DNA of 64,000 nucleotides from Phoronis australis (GCA_002633005.1 NMRA01000043.1:1085588-1149587); one strand, 5' to 3'. Positions 25,322 through 39,406 are shown, counted from the first letter of the stretch. Translations and numbers: made by a program. Notes: a model not told the origin generated them from the sequence alone.

Positions 25322-27469
25322 TTAACAGCCCATTTTAGAGGCTGGATTATTAACTCACTACTTAGAAATTACGTTACACACTTATATATATATGTGATGA
25401 CTTGTGTGTGCAGGTTCATAGTACACATCAGGATGTTACATTATTCAAGTATTGTCACTGCTTTGGAATTATGCACACCGCTAAAGCTACTATTGCCATG
25501 CAGGCATAGTCGCAAACTAAGCAGAGACAGACCCCTAAATCAGTTTGCTTTGGTAGTTGATGAGATGATGATCTGGATACTGCTTTTTTGTTCACAGGTT
25601 TTACCCCCAGCCTTCATTTGTCCTTTTTGTTTCTAAGCCCAACAAAAATACAACTGAAATCAATTGAACTTGACAGTGCAGTATAAATCTTGAGTAGTGG
25701 AAATGTACTAGGAATTGCTATCCACTTTTTGAGGCTCAGTGTGTTCAGACACTTTTAGAGTTGCAGTCAGAGTTGACTGCTGGAGTACAGGGGTAAAATG
25801 TTTTACCTGAAAACAATCTACTTGCCATAGATGTAAATGTATTTATAACATATTAAACTGAAATCAATTGAAACCTGCACAAAGAAAGGTTGAAGATCGC
25901 TCTGTATGGAGGAGTTGTTACAACACAATCCCTCTTTTATTTAAGACAGTGTAAATGATGCAAAAATATGCCATTTTCAATACAACTTACTGCATAGAAT
26001 CCTTCCTGCAACTCTTGGTTGTTTTATTAAATTAATTTTGTTGATTCTGATTCAAACTTGATTGAAGGCATGACTGTACTTTTTGCTAGACACCTTAATA
26101 TACACTTGTTTGTAGTCTCTGTGCAACCTCCAATCTTGAGGGGTGCAGTTATCAAGCACAACACCAAGAGATATTACGTACAAACTAGTTAGATGCTATA
26201 TTTCGAGATGACACTCGCATCATCAGGATGTTATGCTGTCTAACAAAAAGTACAGTCGTACCTTCAACCACGTTTGTGTCAATGAAGGACTGCTACCAAA
26301 CTACTGATTCTGATTCCTGAACCTTTTGTAACTGTACAACAAACATGAGACAATCAAACTCTCATTTAGGCATTGTTGTATTGCCTTCTTTTTGTCAGCA
26401 AAGATCCACTCCGAATTTCATTGGAATAAAAATGCACTAACTACTTTTTGGAATCCCTTTTTAAAAAGAAAACTAGGTGCTCAACTGTTTTTTTATGGGC
26501 CCACATATTTATACCTGGACGCATTATGCCATCATTCCCGTCCGGCAGGCGTCCGTCCGGCAACCACTGCTGTATCTCCAAAACCATTTGACTATGTTCT
26601 TGTGATATGTCATGGTCCCACTTTGGCTGATGTTATCCTGCTGCCGCTCTTAAGTAGCAATTTCTGAGGGCACCTACAGGTTTTCCTGAAACTTTATGAG
26701 GGCTTGGTCTACCTTAGTTAGGCACCAAGTCATTGGTGTTTCTGATAAAAGCCTCATTTTCGTTTTTATGCTGGTGTTGCAAAAATGGCTTTTTCAACAT
26801 ATATTTCAGGAATAAAGCTGTCAACTTTGTGAGACCATTGAGACCTCTTAAAAGTTAGGAATGACTATGATTTTTGTGACTATCTGACCTTAAGATCCAG
26901 AAACACCTTTGGTCACATTTTAGTATTTAAGTTCTGGCTTTTCAAAAATTGAGATTTTTTGTGAATTTTCAACGGGCTAATTTTGACCACTTTGAATGAG
27001 AAAGCAAGCAAATGATAACATGTGAATATTTAACGAGTGTATTTTGGTAGTGATGGGCTAGTTTAGTACATAGATAAGGTCAAAAGTTTGGTCTTTTGCT
27101 CGCTTAGAGTTTAACATGTTGTTTTACTGAGTATAGACTGGACTATTTGGCTACTCAGCTAAAGCGATCACTCAATAGTTTTGTAAAAAGATGCACAAAC
27201 ATCTCGATGTGTATCCTTAAGTGGATATGAATTACACATTTTTTAATTTAAAGGGTTTCCTGACCATTTGAAGCCCAAGAAGGGGGATTATATGAGCCGT
27301 ACTCCCTTCTATTAACTGCGATCTTTCTGTGTAATCTTGTTTTACAACATTCACTTCAAATTGGTAGTGATGGGGCAGTAATACGAAGGACATGGTGCAA
27401 GAGTGAAAATGGTGATGATTGTGGAGGTTTCAGGAGAGGTTTTGGTCCCTCAAGAATGTCACTGTATGA

Positions 27470-28700
27470 CAATAATGGACTCTGCGCGTGCGTATTACTA
27501 GAATTGTCATGGCAAGTTATTAACAACAACTCGTTTACCAATATGGAAAAGAATTCTATAAAACTATAGGAGAAAATACATGTTGATAATTTGATGACGT
27601 TTGCACTAATTGACCCTTGCCAGTGCATTACGACCCCTGATTAGGAAAGGAATGTAAACTCAATGAAAAGTGTGGTTAGTGCTAAGAATCAATGATGTCT
27701 TACTTCAAGCACTATTGAATACAAGATGAATGAATTGGTTAAAATTTCAGAAGAAAAATGCACCTAATGACCCCGTGTTTGCACCAAATGACCTAGGACT
27801 TTATAACTAAAACTCAATCGCATTTACTAAACAGAGACGTAAATTTGAAGTGTCTAGCTCAAAATCTTAGTTTGCACTCAATTACCTTTGACCTATTTTC
27901 TCTGATTGGATGGCCCTATTGCTTAGTAAAGTGGGGTATTTGATTGGCATGTAGGTTTACACCAATATGCTGGAATTGAAGAGAATTCCTTGAAAAATGT
28001 AGGAGAAATGACCTTTTCAAAAGTAGATGACCTTTGCACTAATTGACCCTATCCAGTGCATTACAAGCCCTTTTAGTAGAACTATTGCAAAGTCCGTGAA
28101 AAGTATATTTAGTGCTGAGAATCACAGTTATATAAATGTTGACATATTGGAATACTTGGTGAATGAAAAGGTCAAATTTTCAGAAGAAAAGGGCACCTAA
28201 TGACCCCATGGTTGCACCAAATGACCTGAAACTTTAGATTTCGAATTGAATTTTATGTACCAATCAGACATGTGAATTTGAACTGTCTAGCTCAAAATTT
28301 TTGTTTGCACCTAATGACCTTTGACCTGTTTTCTCTGATTGGATAACTCGATTACTCAGTAGACAAGTAATTTTTCAAATGATCTTGTTGACTTATACCT
28401 GTGCGCCGAATTTGAAAAAGGTAGCTTTTAAATTGAAGAAGTAACATTTTGAAAATTGTGTGACCTTTGGCACCAAACGACCTCTTCCGGTGCAATATGG
28501 AATATGATCATATAACGAATCCAAATTTATGTACTGCTTAAGAAGAAGTATCATTTTGAAAATTATATGACCTTTGCACCAAACGACCTCTTCCGGTGCA
28601 ATATGGAGTATGATCATATAAAGAATCAAAATTTATGTATTGCCGAAAATCATGTGCTGAATTTAAAGAACATACCTGCACCCATTTTGGAGTTGTTAAG
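27470..28700 (+). mobile_element. Non-autonomous Helentron-like element with internal ~420-bp tandem duplication (copy 1)
   Basis: Starts AATAATGGACTCTGCGCGTGCGTATTAC and is colinear with 44778-45735. The internal unit (…AATTTTCAGAAGAAAAATGCACCTAATGACCCC…) is repeated. Classification is inferred. Confidence 0.6.
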
Positions 28701-29695
28701 CCTCGAAGTTGGTCGGTTGGTGGGTTTTCAAAGATTAACTATAGATTAATAAAGTATAAAAATGGTTCCAGGTGATCAGTGCAATGAGCCCTCATGCGTG
28801 GCCTGCGCATGTAGCCTATGGAACGTGAACCTCGCCGGCTACAGTTAATTTTTTATATTCTTATATTTTGATGGTGTGGCGGGATGGCGCGAAAATTTCA
28901 ATAAGTGGGATAATTGGCAAGTACAATGTACGTAAGCAACACAAATTTACTATTTAACTTTTCGTTTTTTTAAATTAGAATTCAAAGGTATAGGCAAATA
29001 CTACAGACAACATTCACTGCTCAGAAATCGAATTAACAAAAAAAGTATTTGGGCAATTATTGTAGAAACAATTGAAAACAACAATGCAAACACACACGCG
29101 CGAACGCACGCACACAGACACAGACACAGACACAGACACAGACGCACTTCAAGTATCTACGCTAATAGTAGTAGCCCGGCCAACCCGCGATCAAGAACGC
29201 CTGGATGAAGGTGATCGACTACGAGACCTTGCACCAAAACTGGCAGGCGACAGTGACGTACCCGGTGAGTTTAAGTGTCATATTCTTCTTAAATAGGGGC
29301 TACTTTGGTACGAATGCCGCACACAGAAAAGCGTCAGAGTTTAGCTTCTGTTGCGGATCTGAAATAATACTTGGCTTATGCATATTTTTTAAATGAAGAG
29401 CGCAGAAAGCCATGATTTTCGTTAAAATGCCTCGCGCCTCGTAAAATCACCAACTTCTACTTGTTATTAGCAACTCCAGGGATCTTAAGTAGAGACGTAT
29501 AACGTTTATAGTTTAATCATCCCTGGCGACACTTTTGTTACTTATTATTTGTGAAACAAATTGATATATTTATCAATACAAGCAGGTCCTTGTGTGAGAC
29601 GGCGATCGGGAACGAATTCGTTAATTCTCTATGGCGATCGTGAACGCAAAGAAAGCGATCGTGAACGCACATTTTTGATATAAGGAAACACAACA

Positions 29696-29876
29696 TGAAA
29701 CGTGCTCAGGAACCAAGTCGATTCAGTGCCTACCTGTGACCAGTGTTTCACACGGAAAGAATGAGCCTGATGCGCCATATTACGTCCCTGCACGAGGATG
29801 CTCCTTTTTGTGGTGAATGTGGCATGTCATGCAAACAACAAACCTCCTTCTACAGGCATAAGAAGCAGAAACGTGT
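29696..29876 (+). pseudogene. Frameshifted relic of two C2H2 zinc fingers, probably transposon-borne
   Basis: TCDQCFTR / SLMRHITSLH EDAPFCGECGMSCKQQTSFYRHKKQKR. Preceded by three GCGATCG(G/T)GAACG repeats. Confidence 0.6.
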
Positions 29877-30164
29877 GGTCATGAATGAAATCATTAAGTC
29901 CGGTAATGAAGGTTGTTAAATCACTATATCTTATTCAAATTTACAGAGTTCGTGGTTGGTAGTTGTCTGATGTGATAGTATTTTGATATTTTGTTTGAAC
30001 CCATTCCCTCACGTTCTTTCTATATTATTTCTATGTTATTTTTACACGATCTTTAACAGAACCAGTGCATGTTTGTAGCGTTTATGTAAATTTAAATGAC
30101 CACACTAAGTCCAATTGGGCGATACGTACATACAATTATTTTGACCAAGTTCATTCCGAAGCTC

Positions 30165-30941
30165 TGAGTCATTTGACGCGCAAAGATGTGCCATGGAAAT
30201 GGGGAGCTGAGGAGAATGCAGTTTTTCAGCGTTAAAACAAACACTGTGTAGAAATGCAGTTCTGGCTCATTTCGATCCTAAACAACCGTATTTCATGAGA
30301 TGCTTCTAATGTTGGGATTGGAACCGTTCTATTTCAAGTTCCATCGCTATCCTGAAGGTAATGAACGTCCGATTGCCAATGTTTCAAAGGCTCTCACGGA
30401 CACTCAAGGGAGGTACAATCAAATTCAACGTGAGGCTCTGGCAATTGTTTTCGCACTAAAGAAATTTCACTAATTTCTTTTCGGAAGACGTTTCATTTTG
30501 ATAACTGATCACAAACCTTTAGTTTCTATTTTCGGATCAACTAAAAGAGTTCTAGCTATGGCTGCTAATCGACTAGTAAGATGGGCGTTACATCTTAGCC
30601 AGTATGACTACGCAATAGAGTATCAGAAAACATCTGATCATTCTAATCGCAGATGCATTGAGTCACTTACCCTGCGGTAAGGATCCAAAATTCGACAGGC
30701 CGGAAGAACAAGCAGACGTGAATGTCATGGTCTGTTCTGTTAAGCAAGTAAGTCTACCATTTAACCCTGTTAACTCTAATTTGCTTAATAAAGAATCTAG
30801 CAAGTATTCTGACATTTCTAAAGCAATGAGATATGCCATAAAAGGTTGGTCAGTTTCTATGGATTCCGAAGAATTGAAATATTTCAGAAAATTGAAAGAT
30901 ACCCTGACCACAGAATATGGATGTCTTTTTCATGGTACACG
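30165..30941 (+). mobile_element. Ty3/Gypsy pol relic: RT connection and RNase H region
   Basis: RKDVPWKWG...LAHFDP...DASNVGIG...ERPIANVSKALTDTQGRYNQIQREALAIVFALKKFH*FLFGRRFILITDHKPL...LVRWAL...GCLFHGTR, with stops and frameshifts. Confidence 0.92.
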
Positions 30942-30971
30942 ATATATATACATATATACACATACACATAC

Positions 30972-31003
<32 letters not shown>

Positions 31004-32279
31004 ATATATATACATATACACATATACATATACATATACATATATACACATATACATATATACACATATACATATACACACATACATATACACACATATA
31101 TATACACACATATATATATACACTAAGAGAACTATACAGATCCGGGGCATTTTTATATATATGAGACCTTTACTGTGGGGTTGCAAAAAATTGTGGGGTA
31201 TATATAATGCCCCACAATTTCAGACCTATCAGAAACTGTTCTTTGGTATGCACAGTGCCTCCACGTGTATTCTCTCAACAACTTGGTTTCATCACCACAT
31301 CCTATATATAACTCTGTGCAGTCTCTCCCAAAAGATGTCACTGTTATTATGAGTGTCCTGCTACAGAGTGCCATATGTGACCTACATTGGTATATTGTTA
31401 TGTAATGGCCATGGAGGATATTAAGTCACTTGACCTTCCACTGCAACAAGCAGTGAGGTTTTGATTTTAGTGTTACAGAGTTGGAGTTGAACATCCGTTT
31501 TAGAGTTGAGACAAGTTTTACTTCGTTTTATCTGAAACAAGAATGTTTGTGTGGAAGATGGTACATCCGAGATCTAAGTCTATGGTACATCAGAGATCTA
31601 AGTCTATGGTAAGTCTTTCAAATTCCTTAATAATTTGATTATTAAAGTAATTGCAAATTCATGTATCAGAGTGGTGATTATGTATGGCTAACATGCTTTT
31701 AATAGAGTCCTAGGATCTATTTCTAATGCAGAAGATGCGGCCTAATACTCGCATCTGTCCCCCCTAAAAATCTTTCAAAATCTAACCACCCCCTTAGTAA
31801 TGAGCTGAATAATTCCTTTTACTTTAAAAACTCCAGAGAGTTGTATATTTCTATGCTTTATATCTCTGAGAAGAATTGCACTTCGTAAGATTTTTCAGTT
31901 CACTGCGAAATTGTGCCTTTTCTGAGAGAATTCCTTACAAATGGGTGTCCTTTCAGTATCGATGTTCCTAAGAAAAACGTCCATGTTGTGGACTGGAACG
32001 CTACAGATGGAATCCCTCGATCAAATAAATAAGCAATAACTGTACATATAACAAATTCTAACAAGAAGCAAATACTGGAAAAGCAAATGTACATACTAGA
32101 ATTTACACTAAAACATATCGTGAGGCATTGAATAAAATCTTGCATAAAACTTTCGCAGTTTGGTCCGGTTCAGCAGTGAGTCCTAAATGTCAACCACTTT
32201 TCCTTAAAAATATTTTACACTTCAAACAAGCCTGGAAAATTAATGACCAAAGGTATGGATATGCTGTGTTGTTTGCCTG

Positions 32280-32527
32280 GGGCCCGTTCCAACAAAACTG
32301 ACTTAGCTAAGGCAAATCTTAAATTTTAGTAAATTTTAAAATAAAAGTCAAATTTGTCTCAAAACAAGTTGAAGAAAGATATCTTAAGTTTGACTTAAGT
32401 GTTTGACATAAGTTTTGTCTTAATTTTGACTAACTTACCAAATGTAGAAGTTTCAAAGTTTGGAAGTTAAGACAAATCTTAAACTTAAGTCTAAAATGAA
32501 CTTAACTCAGTTTCTTGGAACAGGCCC
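32280..32527. mobile_element. PIF/Harbinger-like MITE, 3-bp TSD CTG
   Basis: TIRs GGGCCCGTTCCAACAAAACTGACTTA and TAACTCAGTTTCTTGGAACAGGCCC, with CTG on both sides. Confidence 0.8.
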
Positions 32528-35500
32528 CTGTTCTTTAAATGTGAGTTTTTACTTAATGTAGCAAGAAACAGTGATTCGTACATGTTTTGAAATTGATTGG
32601 ATGTGAGTGATCTAGTATCAACCTTAAATCTTTTTTAACTCTTAAATGAGCCCTTGGAAATCATTGACTGAAAACCAAATCTCAAACTTGAAATGGGAAA
32701 TTCCAGGGTGAAATAATTTCCTGAAGTTATTTTTAAGTGGGACGTAGTCTCAATACGATAACTTACGCCTTCAATGCGCTACACCGATGACAGCATCATT
32801 GATGAACATTTCAGCGCGCGCGACCACCACGCATTCATATACGCTCGCCGAGTAATGGAATTCTTATTAATATTCCAAGATAAAGAAATAGTTATGGTGT
32901 CACGTCCATAGGTGAATAAAGGGGGGGGGGGGGGCGAAGGGCTTTGAGGACACACTCCACGGGCGACTGAAAGTCGCTGCCAGCATATCGTTTCTGGGCG
33001 TTACGCTCCTATTTTCCTTTATATTTGTGTTTGGGCCCCCTTCAGAGACCAATTGGAATGCACGTGGACCTTTGCCTTCGAAAATGAGAGGTTTGGCCCT
33101 TTTTCTCCCACAGACAAATTCCGCCACTGCAGACTCTATGTAAAGACCTACTCATGAGTCAAAATATATGCCTACATGTTTGTGAGTCAGATTTTGCGAG
33201 TTCAATGCACTTTTAAAATTCAGCGCTCAAAGCGATACGAAGGACTTTGGGTGCCTAGTTACCTCTTACTTTATCACTACGGCACTTTATCTGTCGTTAC
33301 CAACTCGGTAGTTACCTAGAATATTTTGCAACATCAAACTAAGTGTTCGTATCTTGTTCAGGTTGTTTTTCGTTGAATAACCACAATTTCACGAAAGAGA
33401 GCTTTGTCGGCTTTACAGAGCTCTACGGAATCTTGATGAATGGAGAAAATGGTGTAAAATTGACAGAAATCCTGAAGACATTTAACTCAGTCTGTAGATT
33501 ACGGAATAATGTAAAAAACTGTTGACAAGTTTTCTATTCCGACTATTGACTCTTCGGGCTTTAGGTCCTATTGTTTTCAGAGTAAAGACCCTTTGGACTA
33601 TAGACAGCATTTCATTTCTATTAACAGTTTTGATTTTTTTCAGATGAGAATGTTGTCACTCCTTTCAGTTCAGGTGACAATGACCCAGATGAAGGTAGAA
33701 TTTGGTGGTTGTTTTCTCAGAGTAGGGAAACATGCAACTTCACATGGGTGAGTTAAGAAGGGGGTGTGAGTTTCACATAAATGAAGTATTATGGGAAATA
33801 TACATATACATTTTCATAGATTCTACACATTTCTGTAAGGTTTCAACAATTTTATTTAATTAAACTCATGAGTGCGGGGTCATAATTAATGGCTACTTTG
33901 ATTTAATTCTTTCATAAGATAACTAAGAGTCATTTTGATTCTTATTCCGTCAGCATAGAGCTTCTTTTTCAGACATACATCAACTAGCATTGTAAAACAT
34001 TGCACATTTCGTTATTTGCAACAGTTTTCTTCCCAACATATTTATTGTTAACTAGGTGATCCATTTAATGTAGCAGTGGAAATTTAGAAGACAGCTTTAA
34101 GTAAGCCAAACAAATGAATGCAAATGTAAAGGTGCAGCATAGATCACTGCATTTATAATTTGTTTCAGATGAAGAAGTGATTGATGCCGTTTTCGTCGGA
34201 AGGTGTTCAGTTCTGCTAAAATAATCAAGAAGTTTCTGATAGATCGTCTGAAAGGTATGTTATGTAATTAAGATTACTTGTTTTCCAAAATCCATCACAC
34301 AATATCTTTGTAAATTCAAAATTTATTTCTTTCTGATGTCAAACATATGGTAATACCTTTTCAGCTATTGTTTCTTTATTGTTTTGTGATGTCTATACGA
34401 AATGTGCTGAGATGGGGTTGGTCGATCCTGTATTCCGAAGGACCTTTGATAGTCTCTAGTGCAAAGGAACTTTAGGTCGAAGGACTGTCTGTCTGAAAGT
34501 GATCTGGGTGATGACATTACAACAGAGCTTATAGAAGATTGCTGTTTTAGTACATTTAAGCACAATTAAGAATTATTATGAATGCAAATGATAAAGACTT
34601 TGTTTTGAAGATGCACGCCTCTTTCGTCATTTTTCTCTTGCCATCCTAGCCCTGGCACCCACCAATCATGGTCATGGCAATATGGTTACCTGGCACGCAC
34701 CCATTCATGCTTGCTACAAACGGCCAAGCGCAACCTACGCTTTAGAGAATTTCATGGCAACTGTGTGAATAGTCCACCCATCAAGGATCAAAAGGCGCGA
34801 TAGGGGTGCATGTTTTTAGTAATTCCAGCTCTTTCAAGATTGATGCCAGTGATGCATAAGCAGATGACAGGAACAGGATCGGTTGAAATCATTAAAACAT
34901 TGTTTAGTTTCCTTTTTAAGTGAAGTCAAATTTTCACAAACAAAGCACAATTTTTCAGGTTAACACTCTTTAGAATTAAGGTCCTTTGATCTCAGAGACC
35001 AAAAACCTATAAAAAGGCCACAGCTCCTAAAACGTCTTTCCGACTAACTCCCCTTTGGACTATCGACCTGCAGGGATGCTAAAGGGGACACATCAGATTT
35101 GAACTACAAAGAAATCACAAAAGTATTGTTATTATTATAATTGTTAATGTTATGTTATTGTTTGTGTAAAATAGTGTATTTTAGAAAGAATGTAGGATCC
35201 ACGTCTATGGTCTGAAGCTCCAGTGTTACCTCCAATCCTTAGTGCGACAACAAAAAATGGTTACTCTAATATGCAAACCTCATAGCTAAATACATGCTCC
35301 ACTGGTGACAAATAGTTCACCATATGAACAAGACATACGCGTAAATAACTAAAGATTCCATAACTAAATATATACATCATAGGAATGACAGCTTTTGCAA
35401 TGTGCGCAAGGATACGTGTCAAATGATTACAGTTCTACTCTAAGTAAATGGGGCTATTCGGAAAATCTACAATAACTAGAGGGCGTGCGTGTACTAGTGG

Positions 35501-35679
35501 TGATAGATTACCAGCCTCGATTTCGCGAGCCCTTTAAATACATGGTGAAATGGCTTGCAGCCGTGCCAACTGAATGTGAGATTGCGTAAAAAGGGTGCTT
35601 CTATGAGAGAAAGTAAGCACGACCTCATACAAAGGTAAGGTTTGTGATTATTTTTACGATTATTCCATGATTATTCTAC

Positions 35680-36640
35680 NNNNNNNNNNNNNNNNNNNNN
35701 NNNNNNNNNNNNNNNNNNNNNNNNNNNNNNNNNNNNNNNNNNNNNNNNNNNNNNNNNNNNNNNNNNNNNNNNNNNNNNNNNNNNNNNNNNNNNNNNNNNN
35801 NNNNNNNNNNNNNNNNNNNNNNNNNNNNNNNNNNNNNNNNNNNNNNNNNNNNNNNNNNNNNNNNNNNNNNNNNNNNNNNNNNNNNNNNNNNNNNNNNNNN
35901 NNNNNNNNNNNNNNNNNNNNNNNNNNNNNNNNNNNNNNNNNNNNNNNNNNNNNNNNNNNNNNNNNNNNNNNNNNNNNNNNNNNNNNNNNNNNNNNNNNNN
36001 NNNNNNNNNNNNNNNNNNNNNNNNNNNNNNNNNNNNNNNNNNNNNNNNNNNNNNNNNNNNNNNNNNNNNNNNNNNNNNNNNNNNNNNNNNNNNNNNNNNN
36101 NNNNNNNNNNNNNNNNNNNNNNNNNNNNNNNNNNNNNNNNNNNNNNNNNNNNNNNNNNNNNNNNNNNNNNNNNNNNNNNNNNNNNNNNNNNNNNNNNNNN
36201 NNNNNNNNNNNNNNNNNNNNNNNNNNNNNNNNNNNNNNNNNNNNNNNNNNNNNNNNNNNNNNNNNNNNNNNNNNNNNNNNNNNNNNNNNNNNNNNNNNNN
36301 NNNNNNNNNNNNNNNNNNNNNNNNNNNNNNNNNNNNNNNNNNNNNNNNNNNNNNNNNNNNNNNNNNNNNNNNNNNNNNNNNNNNNNNNNNNNNNNNNNNN
36401 NNNNNNNNNNNNNNNNNNNNNNNNNNNNNNNNNNNNNNNNNNNNNNNNNNNNNNNNNNNNNNNNNNNNNNNNNNNNNNNNNNNNNNNNNNNNNNNNNNNN
36501 NNNNNNNNNNNNNNNNNNNNNNNNNNNNNNNNNNNNNNNNNNNNNNNNNNNNNNNNNNNNNNNNNNNNNNNNNNNNNNNNNNNNNNNNNNNNNNNNNNNN
36601 NNNNNNNNNNNNNNNNNNNNNNNNNNNNNNNNNNNNNNNN
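35680..36640. other. Assembly gap
   Basis: Run of N. Confidence 1.
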
Positions 36641-39207
36641 AGGTTATTGCTGAAGGATTGCTTTTCACTTTGTCCAACGGTGAAATAGATGGTCAGGCGG
36701 TTGGTTTCAGTTGTTTTTTCTTGCCTGTAACAGAATAGAAATATTAGCAAATTGTAAAAGAAAAGGCAAGACAAAACTACTTTTGTAAGGCAGAACATAC
36801 TTGACATTTCATCTTCATGTTTATGTGTAGAAACTAATAACCTTTGTACCCAAGTCTTATTTAATAACTGCATAAAATATGTGAAACAGGCTAAAAGTGA
36901 TTTAACAATGTGTATTTTTCATGACACTTAAAATGTGCTTCTGATCTCAACAAGTAAAATTCATTCTTATCTAGGTGTCAATTTTTTTCCAATGCAATGT
37001 TACGACATTTACTGAATTAAGGCTTATTCATGTTAATTCGATAACTGAGCTGGTGGTCCTGGGGGTGGGGTCCACGATAAAATAAGGAAACTCACTCATC
37101 TAGAGAATTTTATTGGAAACAGCATAGTTTTGAAGAGAAACTGCTGTGAAAACGTCACTCTTGACTTCTGTGCATCACGTACCATACACCTCTTATTTTG
37201 GGAGCACTGTCCCACCCAGGCCAATATGAATATGTGCTGCTAGCCTACCCGGCATCGGGTGAGTTTCCAAAAAGAAACACTTAGTTCCACTCATTGAAAC
37301 TGTTATTCAGTGGGGTAACTGGTGTGGATAACATCACCGAACGATGTTGATAGAAACTGATTGCTAAAAACTTACCAAGTAATGTTGTGTAGTCTCCGAA
37401 TGGACCTACATAGTAGTCATAGACATAGAGCACACACGGGGCTTCAGCATCCACACACTTTTTGTCAGTTAGTTGACCCTGTTGACCACAATTGCCCACG
37501 AATATAGTAACCTTAGGTCTTTTGGGAATTTGTGGCCACCTGTCGAAGACTTGCACCAAGGAAATTAGCAGTAATAAGGCTTAGCGCGACGACGTATTTT
37601 GATAAAAATTCCATCTTTTACCAGTTGTTTACATGCAGACAGCCACGCATGCGCAATTTAATCACCACTAGTACAGCAGCGACACCGCGAGGAGAATTCT
37701 CCGAATAGCCCCATTGTGAAAAGTGTAAAAAAAATGAAATTAAGTAGATACCTGTCATGCCTAAGTTTAATAAAATATGCAAAAAATGCCTTTAATTCCC
37801 TAAAATTATGTCTTAGGCACTGTAACAAAAGCTGTTTTATGAGAGCTTTCACAATGCATTTATCATGGAAAAGAACATCCTGCCCAATCTTCAAACTTTT
37901 ACCATAGCAAAATGTATGTTTAAAAACGTCCATCATATTTTCAGGCGATACACTGAATTGATGTCAACAAGAGTATGAAGTCTGGAAACTTTTAAGATAA
38001 AGGAAAATTTTCCAAACTATGCCATGATGCTGAGAGTGATGATGACTATACGACAGACTCCATGGAGGTGGGAAAAGAGTCATTGGGATCTGTTTGTGAT
38101 GCTCAAAGTGATGATAGCAGGACATTTGATAATGGCGCAGCGAAGTTACAAGGATCTGCCCTTACTATTGTAGTGACAATGAATATTTTAATTATGTTTT
38201 TGTGTCGCTATATAGTACCACCTTCGTTCCTTAGTGTCTTCATCATCATTTCAACCACAGCGTTTCAGAACCTGAGTTTTGTTAATTAGACAATACAGGC
38301 AAATGGCATTGCAGTTTAAACATCAATTAAACCGTCAATTTTTTAAATTACATTTTTAGTGGGAATTGTTACTAAGATGGTCGGATTCTAAAATTGTGGT
38401 GACTGGAAGTCTGCTAAGATGCGCAAGATGAAACTGGTTGTACATGCATATCACAAGCATTGTTCCCATGGATGTATATGTATCCTCTATTTTTGGTGTC
38501 CGTCATTTGATTTTAAAGATAATTTGGGTATTCATAGTTCACTATGTGCAAGATCAATAAATGATTAAATGTTCATCTGTGAGAGTTTTTGTTGGCGAAT
38601 TAAGCAAAAATGTTATTCAAAATGGTATCAACGTATTTGTAGAAGTGTATTTTATCAAAGGTATCAACTTACACCGTAGAGCCTGGCACAGATAGTGTCA
38701 TCTGCTCACGTTTCTGAATAATAAACATATAAAAGCATCACACATTTCTAAGTTTGAAAGTGGTAAAATCTGTTGTGGACGCATACATGTTATTAAAGTG
38801 GTCTGTGGAGGACTGTATTTTGGTACATACAGACTTTAACCGAATGTGACACATATATACATGTAGTTGCGGTGATTGTATATTGGGTGGATTGTAAGAA
38901 CAGTGGAAAACCGGGATATATAATGTAGTGGGGCATATATCTAATGGGACATATAAAGTTGCGGGATGTATATTGTATACACCTAACGGGGCATATATAC
39001 TTGCGGGCTATATATTGTACTGGGGCATTTACCTAGTGAGGTATATATAGTTGCGGGATGTATATTGTTCCGGGGTATATAGCCAATGGGGCATATATAG
39101 TTGCGGGCTATATATTTTATATATACCCCAGAACAAGGTCTCAAAATTTTACCCCACTTCAAGGTTTCAGATAATAACCCCACATCTGCATATATACATG
39201 TATATAT

Positions 39208-39256
<49 letters not shown>

Positions 39257-39260
<4 letters not shown>

Positions 39261-39406
39261 TTCCAAAGAGATTACGAAAACTGGTGTTGGATCTGGTTCA
39301 TATTGGCCATTTCGGAATGCAGAGAATGAAGCAACTAACACGGACAGCACTTTATTGGCCACATATTAAAGAGGATATTGAAGAACTGGTACCTCATTGC
39401 ACGGCA
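39257..39406 (+). mobile_element. Continuation of the same Gypsy pol: integrase zinc-binding (HHCC) region
   Basis: VIPKRLRKLVLDLVHIGHFGMQRMKQLTRTALYWPHIKEDIEELVPHCTA directly continues GCLFHGTR at 30941. Confidence 0.9.

Larger units (their letters stand above)
30942..39256. mobile_element. ~8.3-kb insertion with imperfect TIRs, flanked by TA-rich microsatellites
   Basis: Interrupts Gypsy pol. Left end TACAGATCCGGGGC..TGAGACCTT..GTGGGGT; right end reverse complement TGCAGATGTGGGGT..TGAAACCTT..GTGGGGT. About 11 subterminal GGGGCATATATA-like repeats at 38920-39125. Spans one assembly gap. Confidence 0.7.

Noticed and set aside
29167-29270. AGTAGT start suggesting a Polinton/Maverick end
   Set aside because: No partner TIR and no polymerase, integrase or capsid sequence is visible in the window.
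31121-31135. CACTA terminus suggesting an EnSpm/CACTA element
   Set aside because: There is no matching TAGTG at the right boundary, and the inverted repeat starts at CAGAT instead.
30846-31352. His/Ile/Tyr/Thr-rich ORFs
   Set aside because: They are translations of the TA/CA microsatellite.
35667-36873. Long ORFs over N runs (also 46078-46978 and 62054-62891)
   Set aside because: They are artefacts of assembly gaps.
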